DNA of 44,329 nucleotides from Chiloscyllium plagiosum. Lineage: Eukaryota. Location: positions 7,817,676-7,862,004 of the forward strand of contig NC_057756.1 of NCBI RefSeq assembly GCF_004010195.1, given 5' to 3'. The notes under the pieces were generated by a model, which was not told the origin of the DNA, ran no database searches, and worked only from the letters and a program-made list of their open reading frames with translations. The translations under genes were made by a program, and so were the position numbers. This document shows, in pieces, positions 1 through 12,612 of this stretch. The number at the start of each line of letters is the position of its first letter. The first letter of the stretch is position 1.

Positions 1-46
1 AATGACCATGGAGCAGTGGAGGGCTCCATCACCATCATTGTGCAAT
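1..46 (+). CDS. Gene A exon: 3' end of a C2-set Ig domain (NDHGAVEGSITIIVQ)
   Basis: Matches the G-strand of gene B domains (NEHGSVEGSITITVD). Phase-1 donor T|GTGAGA at 47. Confidence 0.85.
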
Positions 47-3000
47 GTGAGACTACTGTTAGATTCATTCATTGTTACAGGAACCATTGGCACTGCCTTG
101 TTCCTTCTCCGGATTTCATAAAGCCCCCCTCATTCCACGCTCCAATGTTATTCACAGTCTGATTTTCCTTTATCCTTTCCTGCTATTCCCCTTCCCTATC
201 ACTTTACATTTACCCGGACTAATGCACCTAACTTGCACATTCGTGGACAATTTAGTTTGGCCAATTCACCTGAACCTGCACATCTTTGGATTGTGGGAGG
301 AAACCCGAGCACCTGGAGGAAAGACACGGGGAGAATGTGCAAACTCCACACAGACATTCGCCTGAGGCTGGAATCGAACTCGGGTCCCTAGTGCTGTGAT
401 GCAGCAATGCTAAGCACTGAGCCACCGTGCTGCCAATTTCTCTGACAACTGTTGCTGAGACAAAGATAGTTCCTCATTTCTAGGTCCTTACTCATCTGTC
501 TAGTTCACTCTGACTGCACTTAACACTCCCTTTTAACTCCAATTTTTCCCAGTCTTTATCTAAGCCACTCACTTATCTTGCTCTGCGTTCAGCTGAATCT
601 GAGCATCCTCGGCTATACCCACATCTCAAAAGCTGTTACCCTCCTCTCTCCACTTTCTTCAGAGTCTAACCCTCACATCCATCACATACAATCCTCCACG
701 TTAGTGACTATACCTGACATTTGCTCAACTTCGGGCTGTTTTCAGATGTTGAGACTGAAGTCACAGGCCATGCTGTGGCTTTTCTAAGCTAAATTTCAGT
801 CCTGGATGTAATTTGGATGTTTATCATTGAACCAAATATTGGAATGTGTCCACTTTCTCTATCACAATGCACCCAATCATGATGTCTCCATTGCCATTCA
901 GAGCCATTATATTGACCGTCACCACATTCATGTTCAGTCCAAATGTCTCCTTGCCTTTTGTCTGGGTCCATCAAACCCTCCAGTACCTCCTTTGTTCTGT
1001 TTGTGTGTGTGGTGTCATCCGCAGACCAGTGATTCCCCAGCCATGTCATTAGAAACCGAAGAATGTCCTGAGAGACTCTGAGATTTACATTGTTTGTGGC
1101 AGGAATGTGGATGTGTGTAAACACAGGCACAAATACTTCAGCACTCTTTCCTCTTTTAAGACACTTTCTAAATTAAACCTTTGGGTGGTGCTTTCAGTCA
1201 GTGACCAAAGGTCTCCTTTTGTGGCTCAGGATAACATTTTGCCTGAAGGTGGTGAAAATTGAGTGAGAGAATTCCAAAGCTTCAGGCTGTACCTGATCGG
1301 CATGGACGAGTTGGACCAAAAGGCCTGCTTCCATGCTGTACATCTCGATGATTCTATGCAGGCAATTGAAGGTGGAGCCATAAATATCAGAAAACACTCA
1401 AGATGCCGGAACAGAGATCTCAGAACGTTGTGGGCCATGGGGATTACCTGCTGATTCTCCTCTGCTCTTGTTCCAGATCCCCCACGGGAGACCACAGTGT
1501 CCATCAGTGGAGCCTCAGCTGGGATCAGAGAGGGACACAACGTCACATTAATCTGTTCCAGTCAAAGTGTCCCACCGATATTGCATTACACGTGGTTCAG
1601 GATGGAAGGTAACACCAGCATCCAGTTAAACACAAGCAGCCAGATTCTCTCCTTCACTCCAGTCACACGTGGGAATGATGCAGGTTTCTACTGCACAGTC
1701 ACAAGTCCATTGGGTAACAGCAGCTCCAATATGACCCACCTGAATGTGGAATGTAAGCATTTTACTCTGTCTGTCTCTTCTTTAAACTCCGTGATCGTCT
1801 GTCTGGGGAAGCTTACACACTGTAGTTTAGTATAACCTCCTCGCTGCTGTAACCTGTCCCTCACTGAGGTAATAGTGATACTAGGATAGGTGACCAGCTT
1901 GGCTGCTAAGGAACATCATAAATGAGGAGAGACTGGGGCATGGAGGATTAGGGAGGAAATTTCAGAAATTTGACTCCTGGGCAGGTGAAGATATGGTCAC
2001 GAATGGAGGGGCGATTGGGAAGGTTCAAGGTGCCAGAGTTGGAGGACGGTAGAGATCTTGGAGGGTTGTAGGGACTGGATGAGCTCACAGATTTAGGAAG
2101 AGGTGTAGGGTTGGAGGAAGTTACAGAGAAAAGAAGTGGGCAGGGAAAGATTTTAAAGGAAGGATGGGAATTATCATTTGGTGTTCCCAGACTGAGCGTC
2201 AATGTTGCTCAGTTAATGACAGAGCATAATTATTTAATCAAATTCAGTGCAACTTGGGACATGGCAGTAGAGTTTTTGATTAGCTGAAGTTTATGGAACA
2301 TGACAGATGAGAGCATTGAGAAACTTAAGTTTGGAGTGAAGCGAGGCCTTGAGAAAGACTTTAGTGTACAGGGTGTAACTTGACGAATTGTTGTCATTCC
2401 CTCCTCAGATGGTCCGGAGATTTCCTGGGAGTCGGAATGTGCTCAGAGGGCAGAGGGGATCACCTGCGCCTGTGTGGCCAACTCCAATCCTCCTGGAGAC
2501 CTGACCTGGCACCTGCCCCATGCCAACCTCAGCGGAAACCAAACACACGGAGGTTTTGTGTCGCAGCAGCTCAGAGTGGGGCATCTGGTGATGGGTTCGC
2601 TGATCCTGAAGGGAGACCAGGATGAAGAGAAAGTGATGGCATCCTGCTCGATTCGAAACCCACATGGAAAAGCCACACACAACATGTATCTTTGGGTCAG
2701 AGGTGAGAGGTTTGACCCACAATCGATCTCTGCCTGGTTAGTTATACTCGAGACTCGAGAATCCCCTTCCTCTCCCCTCACCACCTCCTTTGTATTGTGC
2801 TTTTCCGCTGGCCTCTGACCAACATGTCCCCGTGTGCCAGTGACAACACTGGATAAAGTTTGAGTCAGGGCGTTTTGGGGAGGAAGTCAGGAAATGCTTT
2901 CTTCACAAAGTGAGGTGGAAATCTGGAACTCTCATCAACATATCCCACCCTCACCCACACCCCCCAAAAAAAAAGCCTTAATTGAAAATACAGGCAGACA

Positions 3001-6000
3001 ATGCAGCAGGGGGTGGTGTGGGGGCAGGGAGTAGGGGAGACTGGTTGAGGATGATGTCCAGCCTTTGGGTGGGTGTCTCATCACAGACTGCAGGTGGGTG
3101 GTGGGGAGGTGGTTAGTGGGGGGTGTTAATGTGGCAGGACAATTGGAGCTAGACGTCAGGCTAGCAGCAAGGTAGCATTGGGGCCTTTATCGGGACTAGG
3201 CTGGAGGAATTCAGACCATTGGCAGTTTGGGTACTGGGTCCCATCCCAATGGTTCAGGCCAGCGGTGAGTTAAGGTGAATCATTTTGAGTTGGGAGTTGT
3301 GTCTGGATTGGGTCGAGTGGGAGTCAGTCTGTTTATTGGGGGAGGAGGAGAAGAATGGCATTGGGTTGTTGGCGAGTGAGAAGGTGCTTGTTCAGAGGAG
3401 GAATGATTGTCAGATGTCTGGGAAATGTAAGGGTACAGTGAGGTGAACTCAGGGATTATGTGGTCTGTTTGGGCTTGTGGGATCAGTTTATCTGGATGTT
3501 AGACTAGGCTTTCAATTGTCTGAACATAAAAAAAGTGGTGACCTCTGAAGCCTCTGACTTGAATGGGCTTTGTCAAGGCAATCCAGATGCAGGGCAGCTA
3601 CCTACCAGAATCTCCAATTTCCTGGACAATTCCCACGGAGGCAGCTGCTTGTGGGATTCTGCAGGGTGCTGACACACAACGCCAGCCTACGGTGCTCTGA
3701 CAACTCACTGTACATAAGAACATCCAGACCAATGTAAATACAAATGATACATAGATTACATCCAGAATCATAGTCATAGAGACAGACATGTTGGACCAAA
3801 CCGGCCATGCCGACCAGATATCCCAACCCAATCTAGTCTTGGACAAATATATTGCTCACATTATGACAGAATATGTTTACCTATGTGTGATGATTGCTTG
3901 ATTGGAGGTAACATAACTTCTGATTTATGCATAACAAGATCCCACAAATAGCAACACGATAATGAACTGATGATTGATTATTTTACTGAGTTTGCTTTGA
4001 TACAAAGACAGAGATCATGAAGTGGGTCATTGATAGCCCATTACTGAAGGAAACCCAATGTTTTACTCCAGTCTGTGCGTATGTGATTACAGTTTCAAAC
4101 TCCAATGTGGTTACCTCTTAACTGCTCTCCTCTCTCAGCTGGTGTGGTTCAAGAAAAAGATACCCCACAACCCTTCAAGCGGCAATGGAGGTGTATTAAG
4201 TGGCAACAGTGCTTGGAGTATATTCTGAAAAATGGAGTGCATTGCTTCCAATGATCCATCAGAGCATCATTCAAGTGTGATAATTAATGGCTGTTTTTAC
4301 AGATAGAGACTCCAGTAAATGGACAGTAGGACTGGTCGTGATTGGAATCATGTTGACTGTTTTTCTGGCTGGAATCTTAATCATGCTGAGTGTCAAAAAG
4401 TAAGTGTAAATGCTTCATTCAATTTTACTCTCAACATTTGCTTCCATTTTCATTCCTTCAGTTGATAACTGTTCCCTTGAGGTGAAGTACCAGACACTAC
4501 TTCTCTAATTGGTCCTCTTTCCCCAAAATGTAGAGCACTTCATTGTTGTGTGTGCAGGTGAATAGCTCTGAGTTGTTGTGATCTGGAACGTGCTGCCCGA
4601 TAGGGAGATAAAAGCACGTTCAACAGAAATGTCCAAATATGTAACTGACTCTCTGACATACATTAACCACATTGTGATATTGTGTTATTGCAGGAGAAAG
4701 ACAGCAACTGAGGAGACAGCTTCAAAGACCAGTGACATTGCATTGACTGACCGTCGAGTCTCTGTGAAACACCAGGTACAGAAGCTGTTTACACTCACTC
4801 CAAAGCTTTAAGCTCAGTGTTTCGACAATGCAACATGTTGCAACTAACAAATCCAAGTTAAAAATCACACAACACCGGGTTATAGTCCAACAGGTTTAAT
4901 TGGAAGCACACTAGCTTTCGGAGCAACGCTCCTTCATCAGGTGGCAGTGGAGGGCTCAATCCTAACACACAGAATTTATTGCAAAAATTTACAGTGGGAG
5001 GTAACTGCAATTATACATTGAAAAATTTTCAATATATAATTTCAGTTACATCACACTGTAAATTTTTGCTATAAATTCTGTGTGTTAGGATTGAGCCCTC
5101 CACTACCACCTGATGAAAGAGCGTCGCTCCGAAAGCTAGTGTGCTTCCAATTAAACCTGTTGAACTATAACCTAGTGTTGTGTGATTTTTAACTTTGTAC
5201 ACCCCAGTCCAACACCAGCATCTCTAAAACAAATCCAAGGATCTTCTCTGCACCAGCGTCACCTTTTTGAAACTGCCCAGGAGTGATGGGACTTTGCACG
5301 GAAGAGAGATAAGGTTAAATCCCTGCAAAACGGAGTTAGAAACAAAGAGATGGGTGTGAAGGTTGTGTGCAGTGAACATGGTTGAATTGGCAACATGCCA
5401 ATGATTACCCATGGATTTGGAGATAGTGAGAACTGCCGATGCTGGAGAATCAGAGTGAACAGAGAGTGCAGCTGGAAAAAGCACAGCAGGTCAAGCAGTA
5501 TCAGAGGAGGATGGGAGTTGATGTTTCAAGTTAGATGCTTTCATTAGGAGTAGCTCAGCGGGCAGCACTCTCACCTTCCTTTTCTCTGAGTCAGAAGGTC
5601 TTGGGTTTAATAACCAACTACACAAATTTAAACATAATCTGACAGCACTGTCACTCTGGGGTGTTAGTACCAATGGGGTAGCACACTATTGGAGGGTCAG
5701 TCCCAAGGGAGTGCCACTGACCCTGTTCTGTCATACAGTCATTCTACTCTCAATGTGCACTGCTTTCTCTTTACTCATGCTGCCAGATCTGCTGAGTTTG
5801 TCCAACAGTTTCTTTTGTTGTTATTTTCAAATTTCCAGCATTTGCAGTTCTTCTTTTGTGCAAAAATTGGCTCATGCCACCTGTTTATTTTATTGCTGCT
5901 TGTGAGACTTTTCTGTGCACAAACTGGTGCTGCACATCTTACATTACAACAGCAATACACTTCAAAACATGGCTGTGAGGTATTTTGGAACATGTGAGGG

Positions 6001-8935
6001 AAGAAGAGAGCTCAAATCCAAATTTGAGAGTCAAACTATGCTATCTCAGCGGTGAGAAAGGGTCAAGACNNNNNNNNNNNNNNNNNNNNNNNNNNNNNNN
6101 NNNNNNNNNNNNNNNNNNNNNNNNNNNNNNNNNNNNNNNNNNNNNNNNNNNNNNNNNNNNNNNNNNNNNNNNNNNNNNNNNNNNNNNNNNNNNNNNNATT
6201 ACATCCACTGAACTATGAATACCATATAAAAGGTTGTGCAATCATTTAACACAAATGTCCCAGAAAATTTCAGAACATCTTGTGTTTCCAATTCTGTGAT
6301 GGAACTACATACTGTCAGAGGTGCCATCTTTCAAATGATATATTAAACTGCTCTGTCTGTCCTCAGGGGGATATTAAAAGTTCCCACAGCCATTATTTGG
6401 AAGAGAAACAGTGAGCTGTTCTCAGTTCTTGGAACCTATCATTATCTCTCTCAAACAGAACAGCATTAAAAAAAAAATGTGAAGATGTGAGTTATTCCAA
6501 CACAGCTGTTGAGAAATTTAAAGTCATAGAGTCATAGAGATGTACAGCATGGAAACAGACCCTTCGGTCCAACCTGTCCATGCCGACCAGATATCCCAAC
6601 CCAATCTAGTCCCACCCGTCAGTGCCCAGCCTATATCCTTCCAAACCTTTCTATTCATATACCCATCTAAATGCCTCTTAAATGTTGCAATTGTACCAGC
6701 CTCCACCACTTCCTCTGGCAGCTCATTCCATACATGTATCACCCACTGTGTGAAAAAGTTGTCCCTTAGGTCTCTTTTATATCTTTCCCCTCTCACCCTA
6801 AACCTATGCCCTCTAGTTCTGGACTCCCCCACCCAGGGAAAATACATTGTCTGTTTATCCTATCCACATCCCTCATAATTTTGTAAACCTCTATAAGGTC
6901 ACCCCTCAGCCTCCGACGCTCCAGGCAAAACAGCCACAGCCTGATCAGCCTCTCCCTGTAGCTCAAATCCTCCAACCCTGGCAACATCCTTGTAAATCTT
7001 TTCTGAACCCTTTCAAGTTTCACAATAGCTTTCTGATAGGAAGGAGACTAGAATTGCACACAATATTCCAACAGTGGCCTAACCAATGTCCTGTACAGCC
7101 GCAACATGACCTCCCAACTCCTGTACTCAATACTCTGACCAATAAAGGAAAGTATACCAAACACCTTCTTCACTATCTTATCTACCTGTGACTCCACGTT
7201 CAAGGAGCTATAAACATGCACTTCAAGGTCTCTTTGTTCAGCAACACTCCCTAGGACCTCACCATTAAGTGTATAAGTCCTGCTAAGATTTGCTTTCCCA
7301 AAATGCAGCACCTCGCATTTATCTGAATTAAACTCCATCTGCCACTTCTCAGCCCATTGGCCCATCTGGTCCAGATCCTGTTGTAATCTGAGGTAACCCT
7401 CTTCGCTGTCCACTACACCTCCAATTTTGGTGTTATCTGCAAACTTACTAACTATACCTCTTATGCTCACATCCAAATCATTTATATAAATGATGAAAAG
7501 TAGTGGACCCAGCACGATCCTTGTGGCACACCACTAGTCACAGGCCTCCAGTCTGAAGAATAACCCTCCACCATCACCCTCTGTCTTCTATCTTTCAGCC
7601 CGTTCTGTATCCAAATGGCTCGTTCTCTCTGTATTCCATGAGATCTAACCTTGTTACCCATCTTCCACAGGGAACCTTGTTGAATGCCTTACTAAAGACC
7701 ATATAGATCACATCTACCGCTCTGCCCTCATTTGTTACTTTTTCAAAAAACTCAATCAAGTTTGTGAGACATGATTTCCCATTCACAAAGCCATGTTGAC
7801 TATCCCTAATCTGTCCTTGCCTTTCCAAATACATGTATCTCCTGTCCCTCAGGATTCCCTCCAACAACTTGCCCACCACTGAGGTCACTCTGGTCTATAG
7901 TTCCCTGGCTTGTCCTTACCACCCTTCTTAAACAGTACCACATTAACTAACCTCCAGTCTTCTGGCACCTCACGCTCAATGATATAAATATCTCAGCAAG
8001 GGGCCCACCAATCACTTCCCGAGCTTCCCACAGAGTTCCAGGGTACTCCTGATCGGTCCTGGGGATTTTTATCTACGTTCATGCATTTCAAGACATCCAG
8101 CACTTCATCGTCTGTAATATTGACATTTTTCAAGATGTCACCATGTATTTCCCTACATTTTTTTTATCTTCCATGTCCTCTTCCACAGTAAACACTGATG
8201 CAAAATGCTTGCTTATTATTTCCTCCATTTTATGTGGCTCCACACAAAGGCCGCCTTGCTGATCTTTGAGGGGCCTTATTCTCTCCCTAGTTACCCTTTT
8301 GTCCTTAATGTATTTGTAAAAACCCTTTGGATTCTCCTTGATTCTATTTGCCAAAGCTATCTCATGTCCCCTTTTTGCCCTCCTGATTTCCCTCTTCAGT
8401 ATACTCCTACTGCCTTTATACTCTTCTCAGGATTGCCTTGTGCAAATTGGCTGCTGTGTTCCCTAGATTACATCAATGACTACAGTTCAATAAATAAAAT
8501 GCTTCAGTGGCTGAGGAGAACTTGGGATGTTCAGTCTGTGTGAACAAGGAACTTTAGTCTTCAAAGTAAGAAAGAGCAGGATAAACTCCAAATAAACCCA
8601 CAGAGCTACAGTTGGCTCTCAAATGGTTGTGCAATAATTTAAAACTACCCCTGCTGATAAATGATGTGAGAACATCCTCTGTTTCCATTTCTCTACAGGG
8701 TTCACAGGACATGAAAGTTAAGGACCCTCTGGACACAATTAGAGAGGGAGATACACCATCTCCTCAGGATGTCTTTGACAGTCCAGTGGGAGGAGATGCT
8801 GGACATGAGAACCCCAACAGAACTGAAGATGTTCTCTACGCCAACATCAACTTTTCAAAGCTGCCCAAAGGTGACGGGACAGTGCACAGAGGCGAGGACA
8901 CGGAATATGCAAAGATCAGATTCCAACCAAACTGA
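1..8935 (+). CDS. Gene A: Siglec/MAG-like inhibitory Ig-superfamily receptor, 5'-partial, spliced (exons 1-46, 1477-1752, 2409-2702, 4303-4399, 4694-4775, 8699-8935)
   Basis: All introns are GT..AG with consistent phases (1,1,1,2,0). The joined translation gives C2-set Ig domains, a TM and a tail with ITIM VLYANI and ITSM-like TEYAKI. An extra exon could be hidden in the N gap. Confidence 0.9.
200..434 (-). mobile_element. HE1-type tRNA-derived V-SINE
   Basis: Minus strand starts GGCAGCACGGTGGCTCAGTG (A box)...GAGTTCGATTCC (B box), followed by the V-domain TGTGTGGAGTTTGCACATTCTCCCCGTG. Confidence 0.85.
1477..1752 (+). CDS. Gene A exon: C2-set Ig domain (YPPRETTVS...VTLICSS...YTWF...DAGFYCTV...LNVE)
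   Basis: Acceptor ctcttgttccag, donor T|GTAAGC; Ig Cys, Trp and DxGxYxC motifs. Confidence 0.92.
1885..2370 (-). mobile_element. Degenerate L2-like LINE fragment
   Basis: Purine-rich plus strand resembling the reverse 3' portion of L2; no intact ORF. Confidence 0.45.
2409..2702 (+). CDS. Gene A exon: membrane-proximal Ig domain of MAG-domain-5/Siglec type (YGPEISWESECAQRAEGITCACVANSNPP...ASCSIRNPHG)
   Basis: Acceptor ccctcctcag, donor G|GTGAGA. The ESxC...CxCVxxSNP pattern resembles MAG domain 5. Confidence 0.9.
3766..3838 (-). mobile_element. Short CR1 3'-tail fragment
   Basis: tcatagtcatagag...ccatgccgaccagatatcccaacccaatctagtc, the same tail as at 6523 and 43797. Confidence 0.7.
4303..4399 (+). 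CDS. Gene A transmembrane exon (DRDSSKWTVGLVVIGIMLTVFLAGILIMLSVKK)
   Basis: Acceptor ggctgtttttacag, donor AA|GTAAGT; phase 1 to 2; uncharged hydrophobic span. Confidence 0.9.
4694..4775 (+). CDS. Gene A cytoplasmic exon (RKTATEETASKTSDIALTDRRVSVKHQ)
   Basis: Acceptor gttattgcag, donor CAG|GTACAG; phase 2 to 0 fits both neighbours. Confidence 0.82.
4855..5225. mobile_element. Palindromic Penelope-like terminal-repeat insertion with hammerhead cores
   Basis: About 170-bp inverted arms (4855-5024 and 5026-5195) plus an unpaired tail; TSD aacaaatccaag at 4846-4857 and 5228-5239. Confidence 0.8.
5107..5141 (+). ncRNA. Minimal hammerhead ribozyme-like motif (second copy on - strand at about 4910-4943)
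   Basis: cac CTGATGA aagagc gtc gctcc GAAA gc TA gtg: conserved core, stem II, palindromic AGCT stem III and a 3-bp stem I. Confidence 0.6.
5548..6000 (+). mobile_element. Degenerate Deu-domain SINE (SacSINE1-like) with an inserted Penelope-terminus fragment
   Basis: tRNA-like head gtagctcagcgggcagcactctc...tctgagtcagaagg; tail acattacaacagcaatacacttcaaaa. Confidence 0.55.
6070..6197. other. Assembly gap (128 N)
   Basis: Run of N. Confidence 1.
6523..8428 (-). mobile_element. CR1 LINE, 5'-truncated and frameshifted (RT domain), nested in a Deu-SINE remnant
   Basis: ORF pieces LGPLLFIIYINDL..SKFADNTK, QHGF..KSCLTNLIEFF and RPLLEYCVQF; (ctctatga)n-type tail. The SINE halves lie at about 6310-6510 and 8430-8550. 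Confidence 0.92.
8699..8935 (+). CDS. Gene A terminal exon with ITIM (VLYANI) and ITSM-like (TEYAKI) motifs
   Basis: Acceptor tttccatttctctacag, phase 0; reads ...DVLYANINFSKL...EDTEYAKIRFQPN*. Confidence 0.9.
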   Translation, partial: GSQDMKVKDPLDTIREGDTPSPQDVFDSPVGGDAGHENPNRTEDVLYANINFSKLPKGDGTVHRGEDTEYAKIRFQPN

Positions 8936-9289
8936 CAGAGAAACAGGGAGAGGGGTTTGTGCAGCCTATATGGTTGGAAAATAACGAAGATAAAATGACA
9001 TTGCCCAACTTTGTTGGTAGTTCTGAACATGCTTTCCAATTGCTGCATCTTTTTCATGCTGTGAGAGGTTGCACAAAGCTTATGAATAATGTTACATATG
9101 TTAGTAAAAGCAGTTGTGATGAAGCTTCATAATGTGCTGTCATTATTTGGGAACTTTGGTTCTAAAGTGGAGAAATGAGGCAAATTTATTCGGTCAGAAA
9201 TAATCGAGAACAGAAGTGCTGTTAATTGCAGCCTCCAAGGCAGTAGCACTGACAGAAAATGACCTGATGTAATTCGGAGATAATGAGAT

Positions 9290-10790
9290 TTGAATTCCAA
9301 ATAAAATATGGAATTGAATGGCCAATGATGACCATGTAACAGTGGCTAAATGGTTTATTTCTGCTCCTCTGCCTTATGGTTTAATCTTTGTTATTATCAT
9401 AAAAACCCATCTGGTTCAATAATGGCCTTTAGGGAAGGAAATGTACTGCAATATGCACAGGTTCAAACCCACAGCAATTTTGGTTCTTAACTGGCCTCTG
9501 AAATGGCCTAGCAAATTATTCAGTTGTATCAAATTGCAAAAAACATCTCAGAAAAGAAACAACACCAGGACCTCCACAAGACACCAGTCTCAGCTTTGGA
9601 AACAAGAATGACATAGTCCTCCTTACCATACTGAAGTGGATTAGGAGAGATGTTCTCAAAGACTCGACAGACAATAGCCTACCTCAAGGAATTCCCCAGA
9701 TATGATCTGAGGTCCTCGAGGTGGTAACACAGAGGTATACCATTGAGTGGGAGTCACATTAAATGGGCAAGGAAACCTCCTGTTGGTTACCATGCACTAC
9801 TCTCCCTCATTGGTGGATCCATGCTCTTCCATGTTAAACACCACTTGGAGAAAGCACTGATGGTGGCAAAGGCACAGAACGCACTCTGGCAGGGGAACGT
9901 CAGTGTCCATCAGCAACAGTGGGATGGCAGCAATGCCACTGCTAATTAAGCTGGTTAAGTCATAAGCAATATAGCTGCTAGACTGGGTCTGCCAATTTGC
10001 CTGCCACTAATGCAATTGTCTATGACAGTAACTGGACCAGTGAACAATGCAAACGACTTGTGGAGACTAAGTCCTGTCTTCACATGAAGAATATCCTGTT
10101 GTGTGTCCTTGTTAAGGGAGGTAAATTTTGAACTAAACCAGCAACTCAAGACGGAATATCTGTGAGGCGCTGTGAGCCATCAACAGCAAAAGTGTACTCC
10201 AATACAAACTTCAACTGCATGGCACAACATATGCCCCATTTTAGCATTACCAGGAGCTCAACCCTGGTTCAATGGAGAGTGTAGGAAGGCATGCCAGGAG
10301 CAACACTAGGCATACCTAAAAAAGGGGTGTTCACCTGGTGAAGCAACACAGGACTATTTGTGTGTCAAAGAAGATAAGCAACAAATATTAGACAATGCTA
10401 AGCGATTCCACAACTGACAGATCAGATCTAAGTATTGCAGTCCTGCCAACTCAAGTTCTGAATGGTGGTGGACAGTTAAACAACACTCTGAAGGGGAAAG
10501 CTCCATAAATATTCCATCTTCAACTCTGGGGAAGCCCCGCACAGCAATACAAAATGGAAGACTATCATATCTGCAACAACTTTTAGTCAACAGTGCCAGC
10601 TCGATGATCTGTGTCAATCTCCTCTTGAGGTCTCCAGCTTCTCTACCACTTCGATTTACTCCACTTGATATCGAAATGGCAGATGCTACTGGACAGTGCA
10701 GAGTCTCTAGGCCCTGACAATATTCTGCAATCTTACAGCACCCTGAGCCAATCTGTTCCAGCACAACAAAAACACTGGCATCTACAGAAA
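9290..10790 (+). mobile_element. Old, degenerate CR1-clade LINE (endonuclease region)
   Basis: LFHVKHHLEKALMVAKAQNALWQGNVSVH resembles a decayed AP-endonuclease GDFN region; related pieces recur at about 27340-28010 and 32570-33330. Confidence 0.6.
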
Positions 10791-10854
10791 AGAATAGTAA
10801 TTTACTATTACTTGTATTTCACCAAGAAAAACAGTGAAAAGTATTTAAGTTGAC

Positions 10855-11265
10855 ATAGTCGTGGAGTCATAGAGATGTACAGCACAGAAACAGACCCTTC
10901 AGTCCAACTTGTCCATGCTGACCAGATATCCAAATCTAATCTCGTCCTATTTGCCAGCACGTGGCCCATATCCCTCTAAACCCTTCATATTCATATTCAG
11001 CCTCTCCCTATAGCTCAAACCCTCCAACACTGGCAACATCCTTGTAAATCATTGCTGAACCCTTTCAAGTTTCACAACATCCTTCTGATATAAAGGAGAC
11101 CAGAATTGCACCAAATTTCCAATGTCCCGAACAGCCGCAATATGACCTCTCAACTACTATGCTCAATGCTCTGACCAACAAAGGAAAGCATACCAAATGC
11201 CTTCTTCACTATCCCATCCATCTGTGACTACTTTTAAGGAACTAGGAACCTGCAGTCCATGGTCT
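10855..11265 (-). mobile_element. CR1 3' fragment with internal deletion
   Basis: Same tail and sequence as the 6523 copy. Confidence 0.85.
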
Positions 11266-12379
11266 GTCTAGGGCCTTTATAATAACAGAAATCACATATA
11301 AAAACACTTTAAGAACAAAGTATATCTCTGTTTAATTCACCGCACATGGGTTCCCAAGGGTCGAAGAAAAGACTACATTCTCCACTACTGCAGAAAGGCG
11401 ACATTGAAGCTGACGAATCTGGAGCCAGACCACCATGCTGCCGAATATGCTGGAGAAACCACCTCAAAGACCTATCTTGTTGCTGAAGCTGCTGTTGAAG
11501 AAGCAGACCACCATGTCGGGCCATTGGAATCCACAGCCAGAAAACATCACGGAAGCCACCTCAGGCATCCTAGGCCAAACCCACCTCATCGCTGCCGATC
11601 TGGGAGGTTGGAGTCCCAGGTTAGACCCATCATGTTGCTAAAGACAACAAAGCCACTGAACCAGACCACCACACCACAGGTCCCACCATGACACAACCTC
11701 AGTGGCCACAAGGAATAGACCACACCACTTTCACCACTGCAGCAGCCTCCCGTGACATCTTTGCTCCATTGAAGCTCCATTGTTAAAAGCGGCAATGTGG
11801 AAAATTGTTGAGTAAAACATTTTTTTTGCAGCTTCCTCGTCAAACTGCATGTCAACAGGAAACTTTCACAACCTCAGGATGTACAAAACAATTTGTTTTA
11901 AAGCAGAATTGTGAAATGATGTCACTGGTGCATTATGGGAAATCTGATGGTCAAGTTACACATACAAAGATTACACATAGAAAGATCTCACTAGTAGTAA
12001 TGTGAGTATGAACGCAGCCATTTTATTTTGAGGAATGTTGCTTCTGGGTTAACTTGTGTATCACAATGAGCTCCCTCATGATCTTTCATGGAATAATGAC
12101 TGTTGATTCATCTACATTGACCCATGAGGCTAGACTGGGCTCAGATTAATGTCTCAATCTACCACTGGTATGTTGACAAGAATCTTCTAACAATCAATTG
12201 TTCATCAAGGATTTATGAACTCAATGTGTTAATTTACTTAAAACAGCAACACACATTATGTTGCAGACATTACTACCAACTAACTGATTTCTATGTTCAG
12301 TTTGCAGACCCACTAACTGCAGACAGTCATAAAACACACAGGACATCAAGTTGAGATGAGCCAAAGTGAGCCAAAGACC

Positions 12380-12461
12380 AACAGAGAGAGAGAGAGTTGG
12401 GGTTGGGGGTGGGGTGTTGTGGGGGTGGGGGAGCTGGTGTGTGTATGAGAGAGAGAGTGAG

Positions 12462-12514
<53 letters not shown>

Positions 12515-12612
12515 GGGAGAGAAGACAGGAACAGCCCAAGACAAAAACAGCCCAAGACATCGCGAATGAAATAGAGAGAGAGAGAGAGAGAGAGACAAAC
12601 AGAAAGAGAGAG
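12380..12612. repeat. Compound (GA)n/(GT)n microsatellite
   Basis: Directly visible. Confidence 0.95.

Noticed and set aside
350-434. tRNA gene
   Set aside because: The A and B boxes belong to the HE1-type SINE head; there is no full cloverleaf.
789-1130. Overlapping ORFs in gene A intron
   Set aside because: No Ig motifs or matching splice phase.
9300-9305. AATAAA as the gene A polyadenylation signal
   Set aside because: Plausible, but it sits in repeat-derived sequence and cannot be supported from sequence alone.
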